A stretch of DNA of 63,901 nt, filler included, from Octopus bimaculoides (GCF_001194135.2; 4 parts of 4 records of this genome joined end to end with filler, not necessarily neighbours in it), one strand, 5' to 3'; counted from the first letter of the whole stretch, positions 41,123 to 53,294 are shown. A program made the numbers and translations. The notes: a model not told the origin generated them from the sequence alone.

Positions 41123-41396
41123 CTGGGTATTCGGTGATTAGAGACAAGGTGAATATATATGTAAGGTTTAGACAGGGAATTCACAGTTTATAAAGGAAAT
41201 AAATAGTAGATAGAAGAATAAGGAGTAAAACGGTAAATAGAAGAATACCGACAGGGGAATAAAATAGTCGGTATTCTTCTTATCTTCTGTTTACTCTTTA
41301 TTCTTCTCTCTGCTATTTTATTCTTTTATAAACTGTGAATTCACTCTCTAGAATTTTTATACATACTCACCTTGTCTCTGATGACAGGATACCCAG
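41123..41396. mobile_element. 274-bp imperfect foldback/MITE
   Basis: Arms CTGGGTAT..AGAGACAAGGTGA..GAATTCACAGTTTATAAA..AGAAGAATACCGAC and their reverse complements around a ~14-nt loop. Confidence 0.75.
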
Positions 41397-41808
41397 GAGA
41401 TGCTAACCTATCACTTGGGATACCCCAGAAACAGCTGTAAGAATCCAATAATCAATTAATTAATTAACTAATTAATTAACTACTTCAAATTCACCTTACT
41501 CTAATTAAATATTCTAAATGACTTGAGATACTCGTCCTGCCTTGGCAAAGTTGTTTCTCTCACCATGATACATGGGATCCTTTTTAAAACCTTTTCCTAT
41601 TACTCAAACGAAAAATAAATGAATCTAAAAATATTTTTTCAAACATTTTTCCATTTACACTCTTGCAAAAAAAAAATAACTTATGAATTTTTTTCTCTTC
41701 GAATGTCCTCTCTTTATCCTCTATATTTCTCTATAATCGGTTCGTGGACGCAATTTTTTGTTCTCATATTCATTTAATACACATTTTTACACCTATTANN
41801 NNNNNNNN

Positions 41809-41857
<49 letters not shown>

Positions 41858-42269
41858 GAGTTTAATATGTAAACATCCATGTATATGTGTTTATGTTTGT
41901 ATATATGTGTGTGTCTTTATCTACACAAAGACACAACTTCGAGCAAAGCAAACATCCAGTAAACAAACTAACCGCACCTTGTATAATGTACATAAGATAT
42001 ATTACTTACATAGCATTAACACATAAACACTCACTGCACTCACACACATATGCACCTAGAATTACAAACCAAATTAACCAATCACCTATCAGCAAACCAA
42101 CCGCACCTTGTTACATTATATATAACTATTTTCTCGTCGTTAGCACATATCTATGATGACAATGCAAGCGACAATTGTTTAAGCGTTCTATCTTCTCGAT
42201 TTAATCCTTATTATTTTCCTTGCATGCAGCTTACATAATTTCTGCCGCTCTATCTCTGTCCAGTTCACC

Positions 42270-42604
42270 ATGTTGACATTCAAAGCACTGCTTGTCTTCT
42301 GCTGTTTCTTTATAATCATCTTCTCAGATTTGACCCAATGTTTCGACTCAGAGCAAAATTATTCCCAAAACCAAATACATGAGATGATCGCAAATTTCAC
42401 CAACACTATGCTAGAAGTTAAAAGTATGGTTGGAGGCGCTGTAGCTGTGGTCAAAAATAACCAAGTAGTGTACTTACGAGGGTTTGGCCGTCGCAACTTA
42501 AACAGCTCAGATGAAGTTGATAACCATACTTTATTTGGTTTAGCTTCTTTGACAAAAGCATTTACCGCAGCGACACTTGTAAAGGTAATTGAAGATAGGA
42601 AAGA
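42270..42604 (+). CDS. Secreted serine beta-lactamase/D-Ala-D-Ala carboxypeptidase-family protein, exon 1 (signal peptide, SxxK)
   Basis: CACCATG start; hydrophobic N-terminus; GGAVAVVK..YLRGFG..TLFGLASLTKAF (S93-L-T-K96); donor GA/GTAAGT, phase 2. Confidence 0.9.
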
Positions 42605-43463
42605 GTAAGTTAACATATTTTACATAATTAATCTATATTTGATGTTTTATATAATCTATTTATGTTGGTTCATAAAGAAACTAGTTTTATTTTTAAAGTG
42701 CATATTTACGCTCTCTAAGAAAGATGTTTGTTCGTGATCTTTCAATTTGCTATTTGTTTTCTAAGAATTTTCATCTGAAACCGTTTTTTTTAAAACCAAT
42801 ATTGATATATTTTAGAAGAGTGATATTAAAGCCGGTTACAGTTCAGATGATTCATCCCTAATATAACATTGTAGTGACTGTGTGTGTATGTATGTATGTA
42901 TGTATGTATGTATGTATGTATGTATGTATGCATGTTTGTATGTATGTATGTTTGTTTGTATGTATATCATTATTCAGTCTTATTTCAGGATTTCATGTCA
43001 ATAGAGAAAGAGCCGGTTTCTAACCTAGATCCAAAGTTCCTTCATTGGAATTTCAACAACATCAGCAGGGTCTTTTTGTATGTCTATATGAAGATTTGCA
43101 TGTTTTGTTATTCGCGTGCATATAGCTACATATCTAGACATGCTCATATATACTGAAATGATAAATTTCTGGAAACTTCTACGGATTTTTACAGTTCCAG
43201 TGATGGATTGGATCTGTAGTCTTCGAATTAGCTTTCTCCTTTCTGGTTTTGAGAAGCCTAATTTCTCAAGATTGGTATTTAGGCAGTGTGTTACATATCC
43301 CAGGGCCCCCAATAATTATGGGTATAAACCTGAACTTGTAATCTGGATAGAGTAACTGCAAGTTTCTCAATCATCCAGCGTAGGTGTTCTCTTTTTCACT
43401 GATCTTCAGCTTTATGTTGACATCCGCTGGGCAGCTAATTTCCACAACTGTACCTGTATGTAT

Positions 43464-43498
<35 letters not shown>

Positions 43499-43527
43499 TT
43501 TCAGTCACTTGACTGTGGCCATGCTGG

Positions 43528-43572
<45 letters not shown>

Positions 43573-43826
43573 CAATTATGTGTGTGTGTGTAAGACAATT
43601 ACAATGAATATAGAGATATACACTCGGTAAAATATTTATAATCCAGCGAAGCGAATCCAGGATTTAACCATTGGATGAAATACAGTGGATTAGCCTACCT
43701 TAAGTAATCCCAGGAGCTCCTTACAACTTGATGCGATTAACCGTAACGCGGATTGTAACTGAGTACTCGTGCGGTACTCACCTGACTTCTTTATTGCTAT
43801 CCATTATATATATATATATATAAAAT

Positions 43827-44069
43827 TACATAAGAGATGCATTTCAAGAAATTAATGCCCAGAGTGACTTGTGCGAAAATGTTTGTCGAAGCGTAAGAAG
43901 CAGACTTCAAAGCTGTGTAAATCAAGAAGGAAAACAGTTTGAGCACTTGCGTTGATAAATAACGTTTAATTTTCATTAATATAATTGTCTTATTACATAT
44001 AGTTGTACGTATACGTGATCTCTAAATAAATGTTTTTTTACTGTCCACCTACTTTTGGCGCACCCTGTA
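43827..44069 (+). mobile_element. Mariner-like element 3' end
   Basis: IRDAFQEINAQSDLCENVCRSVRSRLQSCVNQEGKQFEHLR*, followed by TIR ...GGCGCACCCTG and a TA target site at 44068-44069. Confidence 0.8.
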
Positions 44070-44439
44070 TATGGCAGCTTTAAGACCTTGATTGAAAACA
44101 AAGAGAAGCAGGCGTTGAAAATGCTCCTTTTTTCTTATGTGGCAAACCTTCATCGTATGTCTGAAAGGAGGTGAAATCTACTCAAATTTCAAAAACAATA
44201 AACAAAAGTTGTCGAGGAAGAATAGAGCCAAAAACAAACATAAAACAAAAATATTTTTCGTGACAATTCAAATAAAATTGTAAAGATACGAACAATTTTA
44301 TCCGACAACCTATTATTACACTCTTACTGGTTCCAATGATTGAGCTCTCACCATGCAGGACTTAAAGAGAATTTTATTTAAACATTATTTCTTTGTTATG
44401 TTTTTTTTTCTTTTGTATTTATTTTCTTGTCTATTTTAG

Positions 44440-44604
44440 TGTGTCCCAGACAATGCCAATCAGTAATTTCCTGGACATTGAGTTTTCTACAGAACAAAGA
44501 ACGAAATATGCTAATGTAGAAGATCTACTATCACATCGGATGGGTTTGCCGAAAAATAACTATTTACGTTTGAACTTAGAACTGACAAGAGACAACATTC
44601 CACA
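44440..44604 (+). CDS. Beta-lactamase-like protein, exon 2
   Basis: TTTTAG acceptor, phase 2-2; VSQTMPISNFLDIEFSTEQRTKYANVEDLLSHRMG (LLxHxxG motif); donor CA/GTAAAT. Confidence 0.9.
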
Positions 44605-45545
44605 GTAAATAGAGCTTTTTATTTATTTATTTTTCATTGACTATTTTGATTATTTTTCGAGCCGAGCCAACAGACAGAAGACCAAGGAGTAGACCAAGAA
44701 TGAGGTGGTTGGATAATACCCATAGTCTCAGATGGTCACGCTTGAGAATTCACCCAGAATGAATTAGAAATAATAGGACCCTATGGAAGAGGTGCCTGAG
44801 CACTCTACTCCCATGACTCACCCAAGAATAGTGAATGAAGAAGATGGAAGGATGGATGAATCCTTTAGGGATTAGGGTCTACTTGTTTATAATAATTCAG
44901 AATAAGTGGACAATATTAATAATGTTTAGTTTTGCTTTTAAATTCGCACAGGGCTTGAAATTTTGGGTGATTATTAAATTATTTCAACTCTCTGAAAATG
45001 GTTGGACTTAGCTTGTTTCAGTTTATCGACCCCGAAAGAATGGAAAACGCATGTGTCTTGTGTTGAACTCGATTGTTGCATCGGAATTTCGAGTTCAATA
45101 CAAGACACCTGAAAAAGACTGGTGTGCACATCAACCGAAACGTCGAGGTGTCTTGCAAATAACTTTCACATGCAAGTGCTACTAGTCGAGAACTCCGCAT
45201 ACCGGAAGCCAGCGAGTGTATGAGGTCATCAGGAGAGAATGCGCACCGTTTCCGGGCCTACCTCTTGACGGTATCAATGCACACCAGCCCCACTCACTGA
45301 TATGAGGCCCCGCTTGCTAGATCAACTGGTTATTAAATATAGCTCAATATTCCTCTAGCCATCGCTCATCATCTCTTTTAAACCAAATCCAGTTGCTAGC
45401 CTTCTCCACTTTATCGTGCTGATACTGTATAAGTCTCTCCGAGAGATTTAGAAATGCAATATTTCTAATTTTGTAGATCAGCGAATTTATTTCACTTGAA
45501 ATTCTATATGTCTTCAAAGAGGAATAAGCATCGACAGCTAGCAAG

Positions 45546-45586
45546 TCAGACTGATGAAGAGCAATGACTCTGAAACTAGTCTCTGG
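45546..45586 (+). ncRNA. Canonical minimal type-I hammerhead ribozyme motif in intron 2
   Basis: TCAGA-CTGATGA-AGAG-CAATGA-CTCT-GAAAC-TA-GTC-TCTGG: complete core, GUC site, stem II 4 bp, stem I 4 bp plus a G-U pair, palindromic ACTAGT stem III. Confidence 0.7.
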
Positions 45587-46089
45587 ATGGTGGCTTTGCT
45601 GGGTGGATGTGCTTATCTCCCTGTTTGAGAACATAAGAATACAGCATGTTTGTGTCACATAGCCAACTGAAAACGGTGTTTCCTGGGGCTAAATAGCAGT
45701 AGCATTCTTCCCTTTCTTGGGACTGCCACATTAAGTTAGCAACAAACCATCACTATATANNNNNNNNNNNNNNNNNNNNNNNNNNNNNNNNNNNNNNNNN
45801 NNNNNNNNNNNNNNNNNNNNNNNNNNNNNNNNNNNNNNNNNNNNNNNNNNNNNNNNNNNNNNNNNNNNNNNNNNNNNNNNNNNNNNNNNNNNNNNNNNNN
45901 NNNNNNNNNNNNNNNNNNNNNNNNNNNNNNNNNNNNNNNNNNNNNNNNNNNNNNNNNNNNNNNNNNNNNNNNNNNNNNNNNNNNNNNNNNNNNNNNNNNN
46001 NNNNNNNNNNNNNNNNNNNNCCTAAATATTGAACTACGAGAATGAGATGCTCAACACAGCGTTGGTGGAAAGAATTTCTTTATTTGTGT

Positions 46090-46292
46090 ATTAAGGCTAC
46101 CATTGGTTTCATGTTAAGAAACACATGTTAATATCTTAACAATTTTTCAAGCTGATCACATGGAGGAATGGTGTTCGTCTCCATTTTGGATCAAAACTGG
46201 GAGGCGAACACCATTCTTCCATGTGATCATCTTGGAAAATTGTTAAAATATTATGATATTTTTTTTAACATGAAACCAGTGGTAGCCTTAAT
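46090..46292. mobile_element. ~200-bp foldback MITE flanked by TTAA (Kolobok/piggyBac-type target site); right-half copy at ~3760-3862
   Basis: TTAA-GGCTACCATTGGTTTCATGTTAA ... TTAACATGAAACCAGTGGTAGCC-TTAA, with an internal 77-bp palindrome at 46153-46229. Confidence 0.7.
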
Positions 46293-46299
46293 CCATGCA

Positions 46300-46333
<34 letters not shown>

Positions 46334-46517
46334 CATATACAGGGTTCAAAGTGCAATGCTGTGGGACTAAACTCAAAACCACGTGGCTGAAAAGTAAGAT
46401 TCTTACCATACAGCCACTCGTACACCTACAACGTTTCGCGAATTCGCGTGTCTACTTTTACCTTTTTTTCTATCAGAATAACATGTATTGTAATTTTTTT
46501 CTTTGTTATTTCAACAG

Positions 46518-46787
46518 ATATGTTAAACAGTTCAAACAATACAAAGATTTCCGAACTAGTTTCATGTATAGTAGTATTATGTTCGGCCTGGCAGCTCACA
46601 TTACTGAGAAATTGACTAACAGCACTTGGGAAAATATGATCAGCGAGAAAATCCTTCGCCCCCTAGGTATGGCTGACACCGCATTTATCACAAAATTTGA
46701 TGAGGGTAAGAAAAACGTCGCCACTCCCTACGTTGAAGATAACGACATGAGAAAGACTTTGATCGAGGTTCCAGCTTCATTCAAAAG
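46518..46787 (+). CDS. Beta-lactamase-like protein, exon 3 (Y-x-N position reads YSS)
   Basis: CAACAG acceptor, phase 2-2; FRTSFMYSSIMFGLAAHITEKLTNSTWENMISEKILRPLGMADT; donor AG/GTTCGT. Confidence 0.9.
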
Positions 46788-48898
46788 GTTCGTAAACAGT
46801 TGTTTATTTCTGATAAGTTAAAAAAAACGAATATCACTGACGGAGGTGACAGTGATGTTGGGAAGGAGGAGGAGGAGGTGGAGAGAGAGAGGAGGGGAGG
46901 ACGGTGAATTGGAGGAGGGGGAGGGGGAAGGAGAAGATTGGGATGATGAGGAGGGTAAGTGGGGAAGGAAGGGAGAAGATGAGGAGGCGGGAGAAGATGA
47001 AGAGGAGGGAGAAGATGAAGAGGAGGGAGATAAGATGAAGAGGAGGGAGAAGATGAGGAGGATGGGAAGGGAGGGAGAAGATGAAGAGGAGGGAGATAAG
47101 ATGATGAAAAGCATGAACAACCTCTTTTCGAAAAGCGGGTCGCATGAGACATGGATCATCATCAGGTGGGCCGCTCTACTAAAACATTCAAGACAATTTT
47201 TCGCTGGCGTGCCGTTCAGAAAGTCCTGCCCATGACTTTTGACAAAGAAATCAACTACACCACTTCATGAAATTTATTAACTGTTAGGTGATCTGAGTCA
47301 GCGAGAGTTTAGGTAACTTGAACACGGGCACAGCACACCATTACAGATGAACAGCAAAAGGTTTGCTGTATCATGTGATATCTCTCTGCTCTAGGCGAGT
47401 ATCTGATGTTTTTGGTGGTGGGTGGTGGACTGTATCGTTGAGCCCCAGGTCAGCCGCGACAGGACACGCTTATCCCCAACGTCATTCCAGCCATGATCAT
47501 TCTGTCTTTTATTTTAGGCATTGTATCTCAAAGACTACATTGTCAAAGTGTATCTTCTCCCCCCGCCCTTTTTTTTTACTTATAGATTTCCGGTTAGGAT
47601 AACACCATATTTCTTTTGTACTCCCCAGAAATACTGTATCCAAAACTACATTATCCACTGTATCCATCGTGTTTATAAAATCGTAGGATATGATTTGAGA
47701 AGGATTTTGCTACTATTTCTAGCTATTTGAGTGACGCATAATAGCACCTCATAAACTCGTGCAAAGGTTGTAATTTATAAAGATAAAGAGCTTTCATTTT
47801 GGCGGGCGGACGTTATAGTTTCTATTTGATGTCCTTTTAGCTAATCCTTTCCTCAAACGCTCATTTCACTCTTGTTTTCGTTTTTTAATGCCTACACTGT
47901 TTTTCTTTTCATCTTTTAAGAATTGTTTAGAGCTTTTTAATGTCTAATCCTTGTTATTTTTAAAAATATTATCCCCTATTTTAACACACACCTTTTCTAT
48001 AATTCTTGCTCCTGTTTTGCTAAGGTCTGCTGTCTTTTCATTTTTATTTTTGCTTACGCTATATTTATCCTGCTTTTTTTTCTAATGCTTTTCCCTATAT
48101 TTTTCCCTAACTTCTACCCTTTATTTAATACTCGCCACTTTTTTTCTAACTTGTATCCTTTGTATTTTCAATGACCCCTTGTTTCCCTTTTCTTTCTAGT
48201 TCTGATCCCTTATTTTTCCAGTATTTTCTCTCCGTTTTTCTGCTGACTACTTTCTCCTGATTTTAGAAACTCTGCTCTATTTATTTCTAATCATCGCTCC
48301 TCTCACTGATTTTCTCATACCTCCTTTCTCCACCCTCTAAAAGCTAACTTCTATTTCACGTCTATCCTCCATTTTTTGTGAGGTGGGGGGAGGACAAAAG
48401 TTCCAATGTTCTTTTTGTTTCTAATCCATTATATTTTTGTGACGTGGAACGAAAGTATTGGACGCAGCTATTTGGATGCTGGCGATCTGGCACAGCGAAC
48501 TGGACAGCCTGTCTTTGGCGACAGTGCAGTTTGGCATTGGAGGCAAATACACACGCATGCGCACGCAGAAATATACAGATAGAGAGATGGGAGATAGATA
48601 GATAGAGAGAGAGGGGGGAAGAAAGAAGAATGTGAGAGGAAAAGAGAGAAGAGTAAGAGAGCATACATAGAAACATAACTAGAAACTTATACATAGAAAG
48701 AAAGAAAGAAAGAAAAAAAGAAAGAAAGAAAGAAAGATAGAAAGAGATTAAAGCAAGAGAATCATTAAAACATCTGAGACAACATCAAATCAGTGATGCC
48801 AAACAGGCGGCGCCAAAATGCTCTGCCAAAACGTTTCGTACCCTTTTGATAAACGATAAATTATACTCAAATTCGAATTTATATTTACATCTTTACAG

Positions 48899-49119
48899 GA
48901 AGTGGAGTCGTATAGGTTCTGGTGCAATACAGAGTTCTGCAAGTGATATGTCAAAATGGATGCGGTTCCTTCTAAACGGGAAACGTTCATTTTTGTGTAA
49001 TATTTTTGGAACACGAAATTTTCTAGTACAGACTACAAATGTATTCCGCCGACCGAAGATGCCGGTTGCGTATATTAATGACAAATATGCACTTGGATGG
49101 AAAAAAGGTTTCTACAGAG
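48899..49119 (+). CDS. Beta-lactamase-like protein, exon 4
   Basis: TTTACAG acceptor, phase 2-1; GSGAIQSSASDMSKWMRFLLNG...YALGW; donor G/GTTAGA. Confidence 0.9.
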
Positions 49120-49289
49120 GTTAGAATAAAGTTTTTATTTGATTATATTTTAAATTTGTAGTTGGTTTGCAAGGTTCTTGATGTGAACTTGTGTGCTAGG
49201 GTATATTTTGTTGTCTCTCGGTGTAGTGGGGGGGGGGGGTCATTATGTTAGTGATAAACAACGCACTGATTCTATTTCACTTGTTTTTA

Positions 49290-49975
49290 TTGTTATCGCC
49301 GAGCTGGCAGAGTCGTTAGCACGCCGGGTGAAATGCTTGGCAGCATTTCGTCCGTCTTCACGCCGAGGTCGATTTTGCCTTTCATTCTTTTGGGGTTGAT
49401 GAAATAAGTACCAGTCACGCACTGGGGTCGTTGTAATCGACTAGTCCTCTCCCCCAAAATTTCAGGCCTTGTGCCCATAGTAGAAAGGATTATTATGTCC
49501 CTATTGGTTAACTATTTAACCAATTAACTAATCGACGGTTTGATTAATCGTTCGATCAATAAATCACTCAGCTCTGTTTGTCAAGCTCTTTTCATCACCA
49601 TTCACCACTTCATCAACGACATGTCTTCGCTACTCCAGGATTAAATCTAGCTGCCTGATTGGCTGGCAAATCGATTAAACATTCAATCAATTAATTGGTT
49701 AAAAGATTAACTAATTGACGAATAAAATAAAGTGAGATAGAACCAGTGTGTGTATATTATTGGCATATTGATAAACGCACGAAGGCGGCGAGCTGGCAAA
49801 ATCGTAAGCACACCAGATAAAATGCTTCCTTCTTTACGTTCTGAGTTCAAATTCCACCAAAGTCGGCTTCACCTTCCATCCTTTCGGTGTCCAAAAGGAA
49901 GCACCAGTTGAGAGGTGGGGTGGATATAATTGATTAACCCCTCAAAACTCCAGGCCTTGCACCTATAGTAGAAAG
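49290..49975 (+). mobile_element. Two family-A SINE copies in intron 4 (further copies 35050-35210 +, 55145-55340 +, 59805-59990 -)
   Basis: GAGCTGGCAGA heads at ~49300 and ~49790, each followed by the family core. Confidence 0.8.
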
Positions 49976-50580
49976 AAAGGGTTACTGGTATAATGACCCT
50001 CCCAAGATATGATATGATTTGATGGCCGTTCTTCGGGTCCGAAGATCATGAGGAAGAAGAAACAAGCCCTTAAGTGACCCTGTAATCTGATCCTTAAACT
50101 TTGGGGTACTTGGGGAAAATATCCTTGGTGAGGTGAGTGTCGATTTCTTACATTAACCAAAGGATCATATATTTGCAAAGACGGATTGTAGTCATTTGAA
50201 TTTGAACGCTACACACACAATCTACGTAAGTGAGTGAAACTCACGGAACAATAAAAAGAATTTGCAAATAATTAATTGCGACAGAAGCAGTATTAATACC
50301 AAAAGGTAATATTTATCACCGCTTCAAAGTTGATGTGTCAGAACACATGATACTGCGATAGTTACCATGAGAGAACCTCTCATATGGGCTTGTGATGTAT
50401 ATAAACACTCGTGTTCATATCGCTAGCGGAAAATAATCCTCGCTCATCGCCACCGGGACTACCAGATCACATGGTTTCGGCCCGAAAGCTGGACATATAA
50501 CATGTCGCTAAGTAGCCAATGGGCTTCAATTCCGTTAACTCTCCGTTCATTTACGGTGTTGTCTTTTTGTCTATTTGCAG

Positions 50581-51140
50581 GATATCCCATTATAGTGCAT
50601 ACTGGAACAAACTGGGGGAATAATTTGGTGCTGACCCTGTTTCCTGAAGAAAAACTAGGAGTTTTCGTTGCCCTTACTGGCTCAGATTTCCAAGCTTACA
50701 AAAGGACATTAATAATGCAATATGTGGCTGATCTCTACCTTGGTAATGAACCCTGGATAAACGCGAGTTCCATCAAAGATTTCAAGGTTCCAAAATACAA
50801 ACCAAAGTGTCCAAATCCACCTTCGAGTGAAACAAACCGTTATTACTTATTTGGAAGTCCGCCCAACTATAAAGGAATCTACAGTAATTCCTTATGGGGA
50901 AATGTTACCGTGACTCAGACCAAATCGGGAACTCTGTTCTTTACATATGGTTTTGTAACATTCCAATTATTTCCAAACCCTAAAGCTTTTAGTTCATTCT
51001 CAGCAAAAGGAATTGGAGAAATGCGTTTCTTGAAACTGTCTTCGGTATATTTCGAAGTTTGCTCCAAAAGAGGAGTTGTAGCGATCACTATTCCATCGTT
51101 CGAAAAGTTAATGCCACCGACATTTTGGAAAATAACTTAA
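50581..51140 (+). CDS. Beta-lactamase-like protein, exon 5 (HTG motif, DUF3471-like C-terminal region, stop)
   Basis: TTTGCAG acceptor, phase 1; GYPIIVHTGTNWG...NYKGIYSNSLWGNVTV...TAA. Joined CDS = 335+165+270+221+560 = 1551 nt = 516 aa plus stop. Confidence 0.9.
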
Positions 51141-51215
51141 AGAGAACGAAAATCAAAAACAGTATTTCATCGCAAACATTTCCGTTCCTCCTGTTGATAA
51201 TGACGACGACGATGA

Positions 51216-51273
<58 letters not shown>

Positions 51274-51659
51274 GCTGCTGCTGTTGCTGTTGCTGCTGCT
51301 GCTGCTGCTGCTGCTCGCATCTTTCGGAATTTGTTTATTAAAGTTAGCAGAACTTTTCGACTGTTCTTTTCTTCCGTATTATTCAAGTGATTTATTTCTA
51401 AGCACGCTCGCTGGCACACATGCGCACACGCACGCACACACACGCTCGCTGGCACACGCACGCACACGAGTGCCCAAACACTCACTTACACATATGTATT
51501 ACATACATACATCACATACATACATTACATACATGCAATTTATTATGTCATACATCCATACAGTACATATACGCATATATGACAAAATAAATTGCATACA
51601 TTACACATATATATTACACACATGCGTACATTATACAGACTACATTGCATACATACGTT

Positions 51660-51750
<91 letters not shown>

Positions 51751-52597
51751 CACACTACTTATAAGCCTTACACACACACATTTCATACATAGATTCAGAA
51801 ATGAAAATAGAAGCAAAAATTTTTTACAATAGCAATAAAATGAGTTTTTGCAGTTATGCTGTTGTTGCTGTTGTTGTTGTTGCTGTTGTTGTTGTTGTTG
51901 TTATGTTTCTTTCTAAGTCGACAGATCCTAGCGTGACCAACCAATCTTTTTGCTTCAACGTCATCGTATATCTAATATTATATTATTCAATGTTAGTCTT
52001 AAATATCATTTAAAAGGTTGTAATGTGTAATTTAAGGATTATTTGGGTTTATATTTCTTGCGGGTGTAATGACCAAGTAGAGACGAAAATGACAGGGTGG
52101 TCTTTGGCAGACACAATGACAGTTCTGGACATACTTAGTCATTATCGGTTACGACGACGAGGGTTCCAGTTGATACAATCAATGGAACCGTTTGCTGTTG
52201 AAATTAACGTGCAAGTGGCTGAGCATCCCACAGACACAAGTACTCTTAACTTAGTTCTCATTGTGGTTCAGCGTGACACAGAACATGACATGGCTGGCCC
52301 TTTGAATTACAGGTACAACACATTTTTGCTAGATGAGTGGACTGGAGCAACATGAAATAAAGCGTCTTGCCTAAGGACACAACGTGCCACCGGGAATCGA
52401 ACTCACCACCTTACGATTGTGAGCTGAATACACTAATCACTAGCCACACGCTTTCACACACACACACACACGGGCACGCATACACACACGGGCACGCACA
52501 CACACAGAGAGAGGCACGCACGCACACACATGCACACAAGCATGCGCACACATGCATACACGCACGGAGGCCACACACACACATACTCACAGACATA

Positions 52598-52825
52598 GAG
52601 CTCTTAACCACTGCGCCATATGCCCACGGGCATATGGCGTAGTAGTTCCTAGGAATGAGAACCCAGGTTCGAAGTTTCTTCAAAACACCTGATGAAGGCT
52701 GGAGGGTATATCAGCCGAAACGTTATGTTAACAACAAACAAGATGAGGACAAATATCCGTCAAATGTAAATAATGTAAATAATGTAAATAGTGTACATAA
52801 TTCTTCGTCTTTTAAATATGGGAAC
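52598..52825 (+). mobile_element. tRNA-headed, hammerhead-containing repeat (copy 2)
   Basis: Inverted pair of A-box heads (52606-52647), then CCTAGGAATGAGAACCCAGGTTCGAA, hammerhead AACAC-CTGATGA-A-GGCTGG..TCAGCC-GAAAC-GTT-ATGTT (52684-52729; stem-I position 1.1 mismatched) and a tail matching 34780-34856. Confidence 0.75.
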
Positions 52826-53286
52826 CGTTTTGTTTTGTTTTTTATCGATGGTTTTGTATTGTACCCCTATAAGAGGGATTGTATCAAAGAAAACTTCAGA
52901 TCAAAGCCATTAGCGGTTCATTCCGTTTCCCCCTCTCTCTCCCCCTCTTCCTTTGTTGATAACATAAACATTTACATTGTCAGTAAGAATGCTGGAGTCG
53001 ATTCAGTTGACGCGATTTTTCTAAACCTTCTCATCGAAATTCATCAGGAAAGCAACACAAAACAAGGAGCCAATTATTATTCCAGAAAGATTCTGAAGAC
53101 TTTAAGATTCGAGTGAAATAATTATTTTTCTTGTTTTTTTTTTTTGTTTTTTTTCTGTAAGAATATATTTCTAACACCACGTAGTGAAACATATTGCAAA
53201 ATTTTGTTTTGTTTGTTTGTTTTTTACAGACAAAGCGAAGTATCTTTTTATTGCGTCCAGTATTCAAATCACTTCTCAAGATTGAG

Positions 53287-53294
53287 TGACGTCA
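53287..53294. promoter_or_regulatory. Perfect CRE palindrome TGACGTCA ~215 bp upstream of the KLHL10-like ATG
   Basis: The sequence match is direct; function is unproven and the 8-mer occurs elsewhere in the window. Confidence 0.25.

Noticed and set aside
47125-47170. Minus-strand CTGATGA...GAAA as a hammerhead
   Set aside because: No stem II pairing and no cleavage triplet or stem I.
35252-51140. Bacterial contamination or an antibiotic-resistance gene
   Set aside because: The gene has four GT-AG introns filled with host SINEs and microsatellites; beta-lactam hydrolysis cannot be inferred from the fold.
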